DNA from: an uncultured Bacteroidales bacterium
Lineage (GTDB): Bacteria; Bacteroidota; Bacteroidia; Bacteroidales; VadinHA17
Direction of reading: 5' to 3'
DNA: 64,000 nucleotides
Assembly: GCA_963698535.1 (NCBI GenBank)
Contig: CAVORD010000006.1
Span: 26,881-90,880 of the forward strand
This document shows positions 1-10,731 of the stretch, one piece after another. The notes under the pieces are model-generated. The model worked only from the letters and a program-made list of their open reading frames with translations. It had not been told where the DNA came from and searched no databases. Both the position numbers and the translations under genes were made by a program. Positions within the stretch are counted from its first letter, which is position 1. The number at the start of each line of letters is the position of its first letter.

Positions 1-1832
1 GAGAATTCCCCCGCTTCTCCTCCGGTTTCGATCATCATATCCATTCCGGTTAACTCTTCCTCCAGTTTCTCGATCTCCTTCTCGGCATCTTCCACATTCT
101 TTTTCAGTTTACGCGCCTGCTTTTCAGCCTCTTTCTGTTCAATATATTTCTGCTTACCGGTACTTCCTGCAGAATCAGTCTTTTTAGCCGAGACCCTGTC
201 CTTACGTTCAATGGCTGAGAGGGTTTCGATCTTTCTCTTTCTGAGGAATTCATAGATGCCTCCGAGATGTTCTTTAACCCTGCCACTCCTGAACTCATAA
301 ACCTTATCAACCAGCCCATCGAGGAAGTATCTGTCGTGAGAAACCACAATTAATGTGCCATCGTATTTAAGCAGGGCCTGCTTCAGGATATCCTTCGAGC
401 GCATGTCGAGATGGTTGGTAGGTTCATCAAGAACGAGAAGATTATAGGGTTCGAGCAGTAACTTCACCAGTGCCACCCGCGACCTTTCTCCGCCCGACAG
501 TACTTTTATTCTTTTTTCTATGTCGTCGCCGCTGAAGAGGAAGCCGCCCAGCAGATCCCGTACCCTGGTTCGTATGTCACCTGTGGCAACGTCGTCTACC
601 GTCTGAAATACTGTCTTCTCCTCATTAAGAAGAACATCCTGATTCTGAGCGAAGTACCCGGTGTGTACCTTGTGGCCGATCTTAAGTGTTCCGTCGCCAT
701 TGATCTCACCGTTGATTATCCTTGCCATGGTTGTCTTACCCTCTCCGTTCCTTCCGACAAATGCTACTTTCTCGCCCCTGTTGATCACAAAATCGGCATC
801 AGAGAAAACCCGCTTAGTACCAAATGACTTACCTACACCAATAGCTTCTACCACTACGGATCCTGACCGTGGTGCCGGTGCAAATCTGATGTTTATTGTT
901 TTGCTGTCCTCCTCGTCTATTTCAACTCTTTCTATTTTATCGAGGGCTTTAACACGCGACTGTACCTGAACAGCCTTGGTGGCTTTATACCGGAACCGCT
1001 CAATGAACTTTTCGGTATCGGCAATCATCTTCTGCTGATTCTCAAAAGCAGCCTTCTGTTGCTGGCGTCTCTCATCCCTCAGAGCAATAAAGTTGCTGTA
1101 TGAAACGCGGTAGTCATAGACCTTGCCACCCGATATCTCAATGGTTCTGGTTGTAATATTGTCAAGGAAGGCTCTGTCGTGCGATACCAGTATCACAGCA
1201 CCCTGGAAGTTGCTTAGGTAGTTCTCGAGCCACTCTATCGATTCAATATCGAGGTGATTGGTAGGCTCGTCGAGAAGAAGGAGTCCGGGTGCCGACAACA
1301 ACAGTTTTGCCAGCTCGATCCTCATTCTCCAGCCACCGCTTAGTTCCCTTGTCTGCCGTGTGAACTGATCGCGGTCGAAGCCTAACCCCATAAGTGCCTG
1401 TTCACACTGTGCTTCATAATTGTGGCCGCCAAGCATACCGAAACGCTCCTCACTCTCTGCCAGTTTGCTGCATAAGTTGGTGTACTCTTCCGATTCGTAA
1501 TCAGTTCTGGTAGCTATCTGTTCTCCTGTTTTCTTTATCGATTCACCCAGAGAGAGAATGTCGCCAAAAGCCGAACATGTCTCACTGAATACCGTTGTTG
1601 TGTCGGATACCTTCATCTGCTGAGGAAGGTAGCCAAAGGTAAAGTCTTTTGGTGTGGCGATGACGCCGGATGAAGGTTTAGCCTGACCGGCGATGATCTT
1701 CAGTAATGTTGATTTGCCTGCACCATTTCTTCCTGTAAGACCAACTCTCTCTTTTGGATTAATAAGAAATGAGACATCGGTAAGGAGGTCGAAACTGCCA
1801 AATGAAACGGTTATATCCTGGACTGAGATCAT
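1..1832 (-). CDS. ABC-F family ATP-binding protein (Uup/YheS-like), 3' end runs off the window
   Basis: Manual minus-strand translation from ATG at 1832: MISVQDITVSFGSF..., Walker A GRNGAGKST, LSGGWRMR signature, LLLDEPTNHLD; second cassette GRNGEGKTT, LSGGERSR, VLDEPTNHLD; no TM segments; frame open to position 1. Confidence 0.9.
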   Translation of the reverse strand, partial: MISVQDITVSFGSFDLLTDVSFLINPKERVGLTGRNGAGKSTLLKIIAGQAKPSSGVIATPKDFTFGYLPQQMKVSDTTTVFSETCSAFGDILSLGESIKKTGEQIATRTDYESEEYTNLCSKLAESEERFGMLGGHNYEAQCEQALMGLGFDRDQFTRQTRELSGGWRMRIELAKLLLSAPGLLLLDEPTNHLDIESIEWLENYLSNFQGAVILVSHDRAFLDNITTRTIEISGGKVYDYRVSYSNFIALRDERRQQQKAAFENQQKMIADTEKFIERFRYKATKAVQVQSRVKALDKIERVEIDEEDSKTINIRFAPAPRSGSVVVEAIGVGKSFGTKRVFSDADFVINRGEKVAFVGRNGEGKTTMARIINGEINGDGTLKIGHKVHTGYFAQNQDVLLNEEKTVFQTVDDVATGDIRTRVRDLLGGFLFSGDDIEKRIKVLSGGERSRVALVKLLLEPYNLLVLDEPTNHLDMRSKDILKQALLKYDGTLIVVSHDRYFLDGLVDKVYEFRSGRVKEHLGGIYEFLRKRKIETLSAIERKDRVSAKKTDSAGSTGKQKYIEQKEAEKQARKLKKNVEDAEKEIEKLEEELTGMDMMIETGGEAGEF

Positions 1833-1858
1833 AATTGCAAAAAACACTTTTCGGGAGG

Positions 1859-1866
1859 CAAAGATA
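1859..1866 (-). promoter_or_regulatory. Bacteroidota sigma-A -7 box (TATCTTTG) upstream of ABC-F gene
   Basis: CAAAGATA on + reads TATCTTTG on -, matching TAnnTTTG, 27 bp upstream of the start. Confidence 0.55.
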
Positions 1867-1920
1867 TAAAATAAGAGGGCACCCCGAAAAGGAGTGTCTG
1901 TACTATCTCAGTAAGTACCC

Positions 1921-2993
1921 TTATTTTATTACCGGGACAAGCTTACTCCATCTTCTGGTGCCTGTACGGGCAACAATAAGATATGTTCCGGAAGGCAGGG
2001 CGTTGAGACTAAGGTCAATTGGCGCAGTGCATATCATCTCCTCTTCCAGTAAAAGAGTTGCCCGTTAAGGAGAATATGTTAATTGTCACGGTCTCAACAG
2101 ACTCGTCAGGTATTATTATTCTGATCTTATCGCGGGCAGGTACAGGGTAGGCAATGAGTGACAGCGTTGCTGTCTGCCGGTCCGTCAGAAGAACTTGGCG
2201 AACCCCAGATTAGTGCAGCATATTCAGGCTTGTCGACGAAGGGATTGCGGTTACCCTGTATGATATAAACGGCATTGTTCCTGTCGGTCTCTTTCTGGCT
2301 GACAGGATCGTCGTTATGCCATTTCAGCAGAAGCAGTTTGGCCCATTCGACAGGTGCCGAGCCTGAAACCATTGGACTGCCTGGCCATGATGAATCTTCG
2401 CTGTAATACCTTACACCCATGTATAGTATAGCCCGTGCCAGGTCGCCTTTGTATTCGGCAATAGGCTCAAATACCTCTCCGCTGTAGCCCGACCATGAGC
2501 TGGGACCTACCTTGCTTCCGTTCAATGATGTCCAGGAAGGAGAAGCGGTTGTACCAAAGGGCAGGTTACCTCTTTTGTTGTTCACCCAGCCGTCGGTGGG
2601 GAAGAGGTGAAAGAGATCGGTGTACATTGGCAGCACCTCTCCGCCAAACCAGCTCTTGGGAAAGGAGTGTTCCCTGTTGTAACAATCACCCTCGCTGTTG
2701 TAGTTACCGCACTGGTTGGTAACAAATGTGTATGTGTAAGGAGGTGTTAATCCGGGTTTGTCGGAATACATATCCCACACCTTGCCGTCGCTTTTTTTGT
2801 CGGTACTCTGGAAATGTGTCCACAAGTCTGTATAGGTGGAAACCGTATGGTTGTCAATTATATCGTGCAGTGCACTCCTGAGAGCTGTGCCACTCAGTCC
2901 GTTGGCCGGATTATAATACCCCGCAGGCGGCTGACCCACAGAGACAGAGAGACCAAGGAACAGGAAGATCAGTATGGAAAGATTCCTTCTCAT
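1921..2993 (-). CDS. Secreted endonuclease I / Bsn-like His-Me nuclease with T9SS C-terminal sorting domain (frameshifted near 2155 and ~2050)
   Basis: ORF 2127..2993 has a signal peptide, NREHSFPKSW, TDLFHLFPTDGWVNNKRGNLPFG, KGDLARAILY and QGNRNPFVD. Other frames continue LIAYPVPARDKIRI...NIFSLTG and LNALPSGTYLIV...SKLVPVIK* ending at 1921, a typical T9SS CTD. Confidence 0.85.
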
Positions 2994-4218
2994 TATTTCT
3001 CGCCAACTCTTATGTCATCGACCTGCCATGTGGTAGTTTGGGCCGGAGCACCTCCGGTATATCTCCAGGCAATGTAGACAGTTGTCTTGTAGGCTGAAAG
3101 ATCTACGTCACCGGAATTACCCCAGCTTCCGTATCCGCCAGCCGGGACAGCAGGATAGGTTGCAGGAAGAACTGTCCATGTGAAGTTCCATGGTGTTGCG
3201 CCACCGTCATAATTGGTCGATATAAGAGTCTCGAGCTTAGCGCCGTTATCATAACCACCCTTACTTCTGAAAGTCAGTATCGGAAGTGTGGAACTTGTTA
3301 TGTCCAGAGGCGGAGTTATCATCCATGAGATTACACTTGCCATACCAGTATTATATGCAGTGCACGAAGCATATTTTCCGTCTGAAGGATAATAGTCTTC
3401 GCTCCCATTTTTTTGTTCCAGCCTGAGCAATTGCTTTCCAACCTGAAAGATTATCAATTGTTTAGACTAGCTGCCAGGGATTCAAAATCTTCCTTCAGCC
3501 ACTCATATTTCTGAACATTGCACTTTTTGGTGTTGGTCATGGTCAGCTCGGTTGGATCTCTGAGTATGAGCTGGGGTGTGTCATATTTAGAGACAACACC
3601 CTTGTATGTGCCATTACCTGATGGAATTGCCTGCCCGGAGAAAAGAGCTTCGGCTCTGGTATATGCTATCACCGAGTAGCTGCAATCGGTTAGAGACTTA
3701 GATCCGCTGAGGGTGCCTGTCTCTGTGAACTCAACAGTGTCGACAGCGACATATTCAGCCTCGTACATGCCTGCAGCAATATCTGCCAGCTTCACCTTTC
3801 TGGGTGTGGGAAGTACCCCGGCAAGGGTTACCACTTCGACAGAGGCAGCAATATCTATATTGCCGAACTGCATTAGTCCGCGATAGACCGTCAGGGATGC
3901 TCCCTTGCAGAAAATCTTTATCTCAGATCCCATTGCAAGACTGTTTGTACCGGTAACGGTTACAGCAATGGCACCCGTTTCATCCTGTATATAGGCTATA
4001 AAGTCAGGGATGTTCTTCAGCTCAGGAGTTAGGGTAACTACACCACTGATGTAGACATTTGTATCAACGGGTGTTGCAGCACCGGTATACAGTGCTCTCA
4101 GCTCTGCAATGGTCATTCGCTCAATTACCGGTTCAGGCGGCCTTATCGGCTCTCTGTCGCAGGCATAGAAGGCAAATAGAAGGATCGGAATGAGTGATAT
4201 TATTGTTTTTTTCATCAT
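2993..4218 (-). CDS. DUF5689-type OB-fold lipoprotein with C-terminal DUF5017/choice-of-anchor-like domain (split at ~3455)
   Basis: ORFs 3454..4218 (lipobox FAFYAC, TIAELRALY, YIQDETGAIAV) and 2993..3457 (WMITPPLD...SGDVDLSAY...WQVDDIRV) abut in different frames. Confidence 0.7.
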
Positions 4219-4231
4219 TATCTCTTTAATA

Positions 4232-5597
4232 TTATTTCGCTGATCTTACCTGGATATCATCAAGCCTGTAAGATGTTGACTCAGTACTGCTGCCGTAATA
4301 AACAAAAGCAATAGTTCCGGTACCTCCGGAAATTACAGGTAATGAAATATCACCAGAATTGATCCAGGCATTATCAGCATCGGTTTTAACAGCTATTCGA
4401 CCTGAAAGTGGAGTCCATGTAGCTGTTGTAAAGTTAGTCCCGTTATAGTCAGTTGAAAAAATCAGACGGAAAGGTTCCGACCCTGTTGCATGCGCCCAGA
4501 ATGCCTTTGACGACTTAAAAGTAAGTATCTTTTGTGTCGATAGGATGATTGGTGCAGGTATCATCACGGCTATTATCTCACTATCAGTTGAACCGAAACC
4601 TGTGGCCTGCGCGTAGTTTGTAGTAGAAAATACCTTGCCACGCCATGTCCGTGTTCCTGCTTGAGAATAAATTTGCCAACCGGGAATCAGAATATCCTGG
4701 GCTTCTGTGAATGAGTTGAAATCCTGACTAATAGTCTCTACCGGCTGACCCAGTACCTGTCCCCCGGGAGGGCATCTGTCGCCTGTCATCTGCACTTCAT
4801 CAATATCTCTTATAACCAACTGGTAGTCGCTGCTGAATTTAGTAAGTATACCTGTAATAGAGCCTTTTCCTGCAGGCAACTCTGTATTGGCAAAGGTGGC
4901 AAACCCGCTGCTCCTTACGATAAGCTTCTTGCCCGTGCAGTCTGCAATATTCCTGTTAGCTGAAGCAGGTGGATCAAGGTCACCGTCGGCATATGTCTTT
5001 CCCAGCTCGCCGTCGGCAAAATTCACATCATTGATACGCACCAGCTTCCCCAGATTGGCTGCGTTCTTAACGGAAGTAATGGTATGCACAGCGGGAGTTG
5101 TTGGATTATTGATCGAGAGTCTGATAGATTTTGACATCCTTATTGAAACCCGATACACGATAGTTACCGCTGGGATCTGTATAAGGAACACCGCCCATCT
5201 GGACAAAGTCGCCGTAGTCGCCCAGATAGAGTCCCTTTACGTTAACAATTACTGAGTCGCCTATATAGAGTCCTCCGGTGGCTTCGAACTTCATGAGGAG
5301 CCCTGCCCCGGCATCTTCTATAAATCCCTCTTTATAGAGATTGCCGTTCTTTTTGTCGGTAGCCGTTATAATACCTTTAATGGCCCAGTCATCTGTTATC
5401 TCAACAGGCATTCTTTCTGTATAGACTTTTGCCAGTTCAGCATCATAAAGACTCTTTATCTGGGAGATAGGGACTATGGTCCCATATTCGAACTCCCTAT
5501 CGGGGGGAGGCGTCTCGTTATTATCGACACAACTGTTAAATATTGCTACGATAATTATTACTGTTAAAATCCGGGTGAAATATTTGATATTCTTCAT
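4232..5597 (-). CDS. DUF5689-type lipoprotein with C-terminal beta-sandwich (split at ~5110)
   Basis: ORF 5106..5597 (lipobox IFNSC, ITATDKKNGNLYKEGFIED, GDSVIVNVKGLYLGDYG) continues into 4232..5206 (LVRINDVNF, VRSSGFATFA...PAGKGSITGIL...YQLVIRDIDEV). Confidence 0.72.
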
Positions 5598-5607
5598 GAT
5601 AGCCTCC

Positions 5608-8319
5608 TTAGAACCTTACACTTGCATTAAGAAAATAGTTGAATCCGTAATAGTAGTAGTACTTTGGTGCAAAGAGATCGGGTCTCTCAGGGTCGTACCT
5701 GTACTGCTCGAATCCTCCGGTGATGAAGTTTCTCCTGTTGGTTATATTGCTGACGTTGGCACTTATAACAACGTAGTAGTCACCAAGATACCATGACTTA
5801 CCTATAAAGGCGTCGAGAAGATACCCTTTTGGCTGCTTCTGCATTATATCCCAGTATGGATAAAAACCAGTTTCATCTTTTGTTCTTGTTACAGGGTTAA
5901 AGTCGATATATATATGATCGAAATAACTTCCTGTAATACCTGCCCACCAGTATTTTGGTGAGTTATAGCTTATGCCTGCTGAGAGTGCTGTCTGAGGTGT
6001 TCCTTCAACCCTGAAGTATTGAATCCATACTTCATCATTCCTTACTACTTCGCTGCTGTTATCGCGGGTGATAAGAATATTGGGATTATTCATCCAGAGG
6101 TACTGGCCCAGGGCAGCAACGGTATTAACACTCAATGTTGAGGTTATATCCCATTCAAAACCTAACTCAACACCCATATGTTCTTTTTCAATACCCGTTA
6201 CCGAGTAGTTGATGAATGTACGCAGCTCTTCATGATAGAAACTGGTTACTTCTGCCTGGTCGAAGAACCTGGTGTAGTAGGCTGTTAATCTTGCATTTAT
6301 TGATGGTGTCTGCATTATGTAACTAAGATCGGCGCTTAGTATCCTCTCAGGGTTAATCCCCGGGGTGACCTCATTTCTTGTTCTGGGCGAGAGGAAGGAA
6401 CTGTTGAATAGCGGTGGACGCTCCATGTAGAGAGCATTGTATTTAACCATATGCCTGCCTGTTATCCTGTATTCTCCTCCTGTTTTTGCTCCCCAGTTGA
6501 GGAAGCTGAGTTTTTCGGAGTCGCCATACGAGTTATCAGGGAAAAGTCCTTTTTTCATAAGTCCTTCTCTCCACAGAGAAGTGCTCTGTCCCGATGCCTG
6601 AAAATAGAGATTCAGCTTACCTGCAGTATAGTTGATCTGACCCCAGGCAGTAGACTGATTCTGGTTGGAAATATAGCTGTGACTGTACGTGTCGCCTACT
6701 CTGACTACATTATTGGGATTATTAAGATCATTGGTAATGATAAGAGGGTCGTCGGGGTAGTCGCGCTCTGCAAACTGGTCTATATCTAACCAGTAGTCTC
6801 CTCCCAAAAGGTCTTTTACTGCGTTGTAGTTATGTCCTCTCGAAAGGTTAATCATAATGCCACCGGCGAACTTGAGTTTCTCTCCGAATGAATGGTTAAT
6901 GGTTGAGTTGAACTGAAACTGATTCAGATCCTCACGGCGGTCTTCAATAATATATTTAGAACGGTTACCTGTTATAGTATTTCCAGCAATTCCCTCAGCA
7001 TCGCTAACCTCATAATAATTCTTTCTGTTAGAGAAATAGAAGTGGTCCCAGTTAAGCTGACTAACTGAAGGGTCATTCCATCCTTCTGTGATCCTTTGCT
7101 GGTCGGCGGGATCGGTATAGTAAGAGGGCAGGTATCTGTAATAATCGGGCCTTGGGTCGGGAGCATCGTACCAGTTAAGGGCAGAATATCCCGACCTTCC
7201 AAACCAATATCCGGCAGATGTGTTGATATCGGTATTATCGCCAATGTTCCACTTATGGAGCAGAGTAAGGAGTGGTTTATTTGATGATCTCACTCTGGAG
7301 TTTCTCTTTTCACCATTCTGGTATCCCCAATATGGATTGTAGTAATTGTTGCCGGTGAGGTCATAAGCTTCCTGCACCGAACCGCCTCCAACGCCTCTGT
7401 TGTATATGGCATCGAGAGCTGTAAAGTTAAGGGTATGGTTTTCGTTTATCCTTTTTTCGGCTGCCAGGAAGATACTCCATGCATCGTAGAATGTTCCTTC
7501 CACAAATCCCTCCTGCGACCATCTGCGTGAGGCAGAGCCTGTAAAGGCCCATCCCTTCTCTGTCAGTCCGGTGGAATATGTCGCCATGATGCGGTTCCTG
7601 TAGGTCCTGTTGGTGGCTGAGTATACCAGCTTCGTTCCCGGCCTGTAAAGGGAGGCTTCGGTAATTATCCGGGTAAGACCACCTACCGGCTCGAACATAT
7701 GACCTGTGGCTTCAGGGCCGTTGGTGACGACAGTATTGCGCATAACATCATTCAGTCCGCCCCAGTCCGACCAGATAGGATTACCGGTCTCCGGGTCGTT
7801 GATAAAGAATCCATTTATCATAACGCCCTGGTAATCGGCATCGTATCCTCTTGTCTTGAAACGGACAGGTCCGAAGGTATATGCTGCAGCCGACTCAAAT
7901 ACATCGGCAGATGATGACAATATACCCTGGTAACCCTGCGAGTCCATCCCGCCATCTTCATCAGAATCGGTAAGTGAAATGACAACGGCGTCCTGACGAA
8001 TGTCCTGACGCGGGAGCATAGAGACAGTACCGAGATCAGTTGTCTCTCCATCCTTAACATTTACCTGGCGCAGGGCCTGGTCGTAAGAGGAGATATCAAA
8101 GGAGAGAAGGTGCTCTCCAACCGGAAGCAGGATACTGAACGATCCGTCCTCATTGCTGTTGCGGCCGACCTCTTTACCGTTAAGTGATATGGTAACACCG
8201 GGCAGGGCATTGCCTGTAATGCGGTCTGTTATGGTTCCTTTCACTGATCCTTCCTGTGCCATCAAAAGAGATGGTGAAATTGTGGCAATCAATACCAGAA
8301 GTACAATCTTTATTCTCAT
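5608..8319 (-). CDS. TonB-dependent receptor with N-terminal CarboxypepD_reg-like domain (non-SusC type)
   Basis: 903 aa; signal peptide, N-terminal GTITD...LPGVTI domain, plug-like RFKTRGYD...WGGLND segment, beta-barrel ending FLNASVRF. Confidence 0.88.
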   Translation of the reverse strand: MRIKIVLLVLIATISPSLLMAQEGSVKGTITDRITGNALPGVTISLNGKEVGRNSNEDGSFSILLPVGEHLLSFDISSYDQALRQVNVKDGETTDLGTVSMLPRQDIRQDAVVISLTDSDEDGGMDSQGYQGILSSSADVFESAAAYTFGPVRFKTRGYDADYQGVMINGFFINDPETGNPIWSDWGGLNDVMRNTVVTNGPEATGHMFEPVGGLTRIITEASLYRPGTKLVYSATNRTYRNRIMATYSTGLTEKGWAFTGSASRRWSQEGFVEGTFYDAWSIFLAAEKRINENHTLNFTALDAIYNRGVGGGSVQEAYDLTGNNYYNPYWGYQNGEKRNSRVRSSNKPLLTLLHKWNIGDNTDINTSAGYWFGRSGYSALNWYDAPDPRPDYYRYLPSYYTDPADQQRITEGWNDPSVSQLNWDHFYFSNRKNYYEVSDAEGIAGNTITGNRSKYIIEDRREDLNQFQFNSTINHSFGEKLKFAGGIMINLSRGHNYNAVKDLLGGDYWLDIDQFAERDYPDDPLIITNDLNNPNNVVRVGDTYSHSYISNQNQSTAWGQINYTAGKLNLYFQASGQSTSLWREGLMKKGLFPDNSYGDSEKLSFLNWGAKTGGEYRITGRHMVKYNALYMERPPLFNSSFLSPRTRNEVTPGINPERILSADLSYIMQTPSINARLTAYYTRFFDQAEVTSFYHEELRTFINYSVTGIEKEHMGVELGFEWDITSTLSVNTVAALGQYLWMNNPNILITRDNSSEVVRNDEVWIQYFRVEGTPQTALSAGISYNSPKYWWAGITGSYFDHIYIDFNPVTRTKDETGFYPYWDIMQKQPKGYLLDAFIGKSWYLGDYYVVISANVSNITNRRNFITGGFEQYRYDPERPDLFAPKYYYYYGFNYFLNASVRF

Positions 8320-8419
8320 GATTTTGTTTAAGTGGAGGATAAATATAGGGCCAAAAAATAAAAGTAAAAAGAATAATCAAAGCATATAATCAACAATCTG
8401 TTAATTAGTGCGCAAATTT

Positions 8420-8450
8420 TTTGTCCACTCATTCTTTACGAATATATTTG
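8420..8450 (+). promoter_or_regulatory. Bacteroidota sigma-A promoter (-33 TTTG / -7 TATATTTG) for the EEP nuclease
   Basis: TTTG 8420-8423, 19-bp spacer, TATATTTG 8443-8450, 16 bp before ATG 8467. Confidence 0.7.
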
Positions 8451-8466
8451 TCTAAACCGATGAATC

Positions 8467-9514
8467 ATGAGCCTTCAAAAATCTGCACTTTTCATTCTAC
8501 TCATCTCAATTTCCTGCGTTGCTTTTACCCAGAAAAATCTGACAGCCGGAGTTATTGCATTTTATAATCTGGAGAATCTTTTCGACACAATAGATACCGA
8601 TGGTGTGGACGATCTGGAATTCACCCCAGAGGCTCCGAAGAAATGGAATTCATCGCGTTATAATGAGAAGCTCACCAATATGTCGAAAGTCATCGCAGCA
8701 ATAGGTCGCGATGAAGGATTGCCCGGGGGGCCTCATATTATAGGAGTGTCGGAGATCGAGAACAGGGAAGTACTGGTTGATCTGGCAAAACAGCCTGCCA
8801 TCAGCCATCTCAATTATCAGGTTGTCCATTATAACTCGCCCGATCTCAGGGGGGTAGATGTAGCTTTGATGTATCAGCCGGCCTTGTTCAAACTTACCGG
8901 ATCGAAGAGTTATGAATTAATGCTGAATGAGAAGGACGGTACAAGGATATATACACGTGACCAGCTGCTTGTCTCGGGCTATTTTATGGGCGAGATGATG
9001 CATTTTATTGTTGGTCACTGGCCCTCGAGAAGGTCGGGGGAGAAGGCATCCGAAAACCTCAGGGTCGATGCTGCCCGGCTTACCCGTCATATCATAGATT
9101 CGCTCCAGAGTGATGATCCGGAGGCCAAAATAGTAGTTATGGGCGACCTCAACGACGATCCGGTCGACAGCTAGCGTGAGGAAGCAGCTGCGCTCCTCAG
9201 GTAATCAGGAGAAGATGGGTCAGGGTGATATGTATAATGCTATGGAGCCTCTCTTCAGAAAAGGAGTCGGCTCACTGGCTTATCGCGACAGGTGGAATCT
9301 GTTTGATCAGATAATAATCTCACAGCCTTTTTTAGGGAAGGATTATTCTGCTTTTAAGATGGTTGCTGTAAAGGTATTCAACAAGGAGTTCCTGACTCAG
9401 GCTGACGGTCAGTTCAAAGGGTATCCTCTGCGTACTTTTGTGGGCGACCAGTTCACGGCAGGGTATTCCGACCATTTTCCGGTATATCTGATAATCGGAA
9501 GAGAATCGAAGTAA
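8467..9514 (+). CDS. Endonuclease/exonuclease/phosphatase (EEP) family secreted protein (one-base insertion near 9170)
   Basis: AFYNLENLFD, GVSEIEN, RGVDVAL, GHWPSR and MGDLND in 8467..9174; WNLFDQII and GYSDHFPV in 9176..9514. Removing one base at ~9169 joins them (D-A-S-V-R-K). Confidence 0.88.
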
Positions 9515-9515
9515 C

Positions 9516-10400
9516 CTATTTCAGGGTTATTCCTACCGGCCTGTGGTCGGATATTATATCAATGTATTGCGGGTAGCATGGCTCAGGCTTGTAAACGACA
9601 GTTGTGTCGATACGGCTGAAGAGTTCGTTTGTCACGAGGATATGGTCTATGTGACTGGGCCAGGAGGGATAGGACCACCACAACTGACTGCCCGTTGCTA
9701 TTGGCATATCGGCAAACCTGAAGTTAGACGGGTCTGAAACAAAGATATAGAACGGGTCGGAGGCAGGCGGATTGGCCGATATCTCATCGTTATAGTCGCC
9801 CAGTATTACCACAGCATCACTGTTTCTGTTTTGAATGACATAGGAATGGAGCTTTTCTGCAGCCTCCCTGCGCCTGTCCTCATTGTCGCTGCCACTGCAG
9901 CACTTGAGATGCAGATCGATAAGATATACCGTCTGGCCGGTGGGTTTGTGAGTTATCTTCACCTCGAGGGGCGGACGGGGAAAGGCATAGAAATCATCGG
10001 GGAAGAGCAGTTTGACTGATGATGAGTTATAGGTAATCTCGCTACCCTTGAAAAGGTATGCCAGGTTCCAGTCGGAGTTGTTGATAAGATAGTACTGTCC
10101 CGACCAGCCCGGTAGTTTCTTCAGGAGGTTAAGAAAAGCTCCCTCCGAAGTTATTTCCTGAAGAACAACAACATCGGCATTGATGGTTCTTATGAGTCTG
10201 GCAGCCATGTCGGTGGTAAGGGACCCGCTCTTGGGAAAGGTCTCCATGTTGAAGGTCACTATCTCTAACTTGCTGGCTGAACCGGGGACAATGCATCCTG
10301 CAAAGAGAGAGTCATCACCGGGCTCAGGCGGATCGGTTATGCGCTGGCAGGCAGCAGTCGCCAGAATCAGGAATAGTGATATCTTAAAAAGATCTTTCAT
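9516..10400 (-). CDS. EEP / DNase I-like family lipoprotein
   Basis: Lipobox LATAAC; VTFNMETF, VLQEI, LHLKC, ILGDYND, HIDHILV and ISDHRPV catalytic motifs. Confidence 0.87.
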   Translation of the reverse strand: MKDLFKISLFLILATAACQRITDPPEPGDDSLFAGCIVPGSASKLEIVTFNMETFPKSGSLTTDMAARLIRTINADVVVLQEITSEGAFLNLLKKLPGWSGQYYLINNSDWNLAYLFKGSEITYNSSSVKLLFPDDFYAFPRPPLEVKITHKPTGQTVYLIDLHLKCCSGSDNEDRRREAAEKLHSYVIQNRNSDAVVILGDYNDEISANPPASDPFYIFVSDPSNFRFADMPIATGSQLWWSYPSWPSHIDHILVTNELFSRIDTTVVYKPEPCYPQYIDIISDHRPVGITLK

Positions 10401-10457
10401 GGTATGTGAAGATGCAAATGTAAGAAAGATGATTGAAGATTTTTCAGATAATAAGAT

Positions 10458-10590
10458 TAAAATCCCCTCTTGGGAGAGCCTGCCTGCCGTTCCGAAGTCA
10501 CGTTAAGCGTGACGAAGGATGGTCCCGCCATGGGCGGGAGGTCGGGGAGGGTTTATCATGTTGCAAGTTACAAGTTACAGGCTGCAGATT
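10458..10590 (+). repeat. REP-like palindromic dispersed repeat (copy 1) with nested 40-bp hairpin and heptamer tract
   Basis: AAATCCCCTCTTGGGAGAGCCTG[40 bp]TCCCGCCATGGGCGGGAGGTCGGGGAGGGT matches the inverted copy at 19928-19980; followed by TTGCAAG-TTACAAG-TTACAGG heptamers. Confidence 0.75.
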
Positions 10591-10674
10591 CCTGGCTTTG
10601 CGTTCTCTTTTTGTTTCTTGGTGTTCTCTGCGGTTAACTTTTAAAACAGGACAGCCTTTTACATTTATAAATAT

Positions 10675-10706
10675 AAAAACGGAGTGGAGAGACTCCACCC
10701 CGTTTT
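10675..10706 (-). terminator. Intrinsic terminator after T9SS protein
   Basis: AAAACGG-AGTGGAG-aga-CTCCAC-CCCGTTTT stem-loop with a T-run on the minus strand, ~25 bp after the stop at 10732. Confidence 0.65.
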
Positions 10707-10731
10707 AACCGGTTAGGTTAAGTTTAGGAGA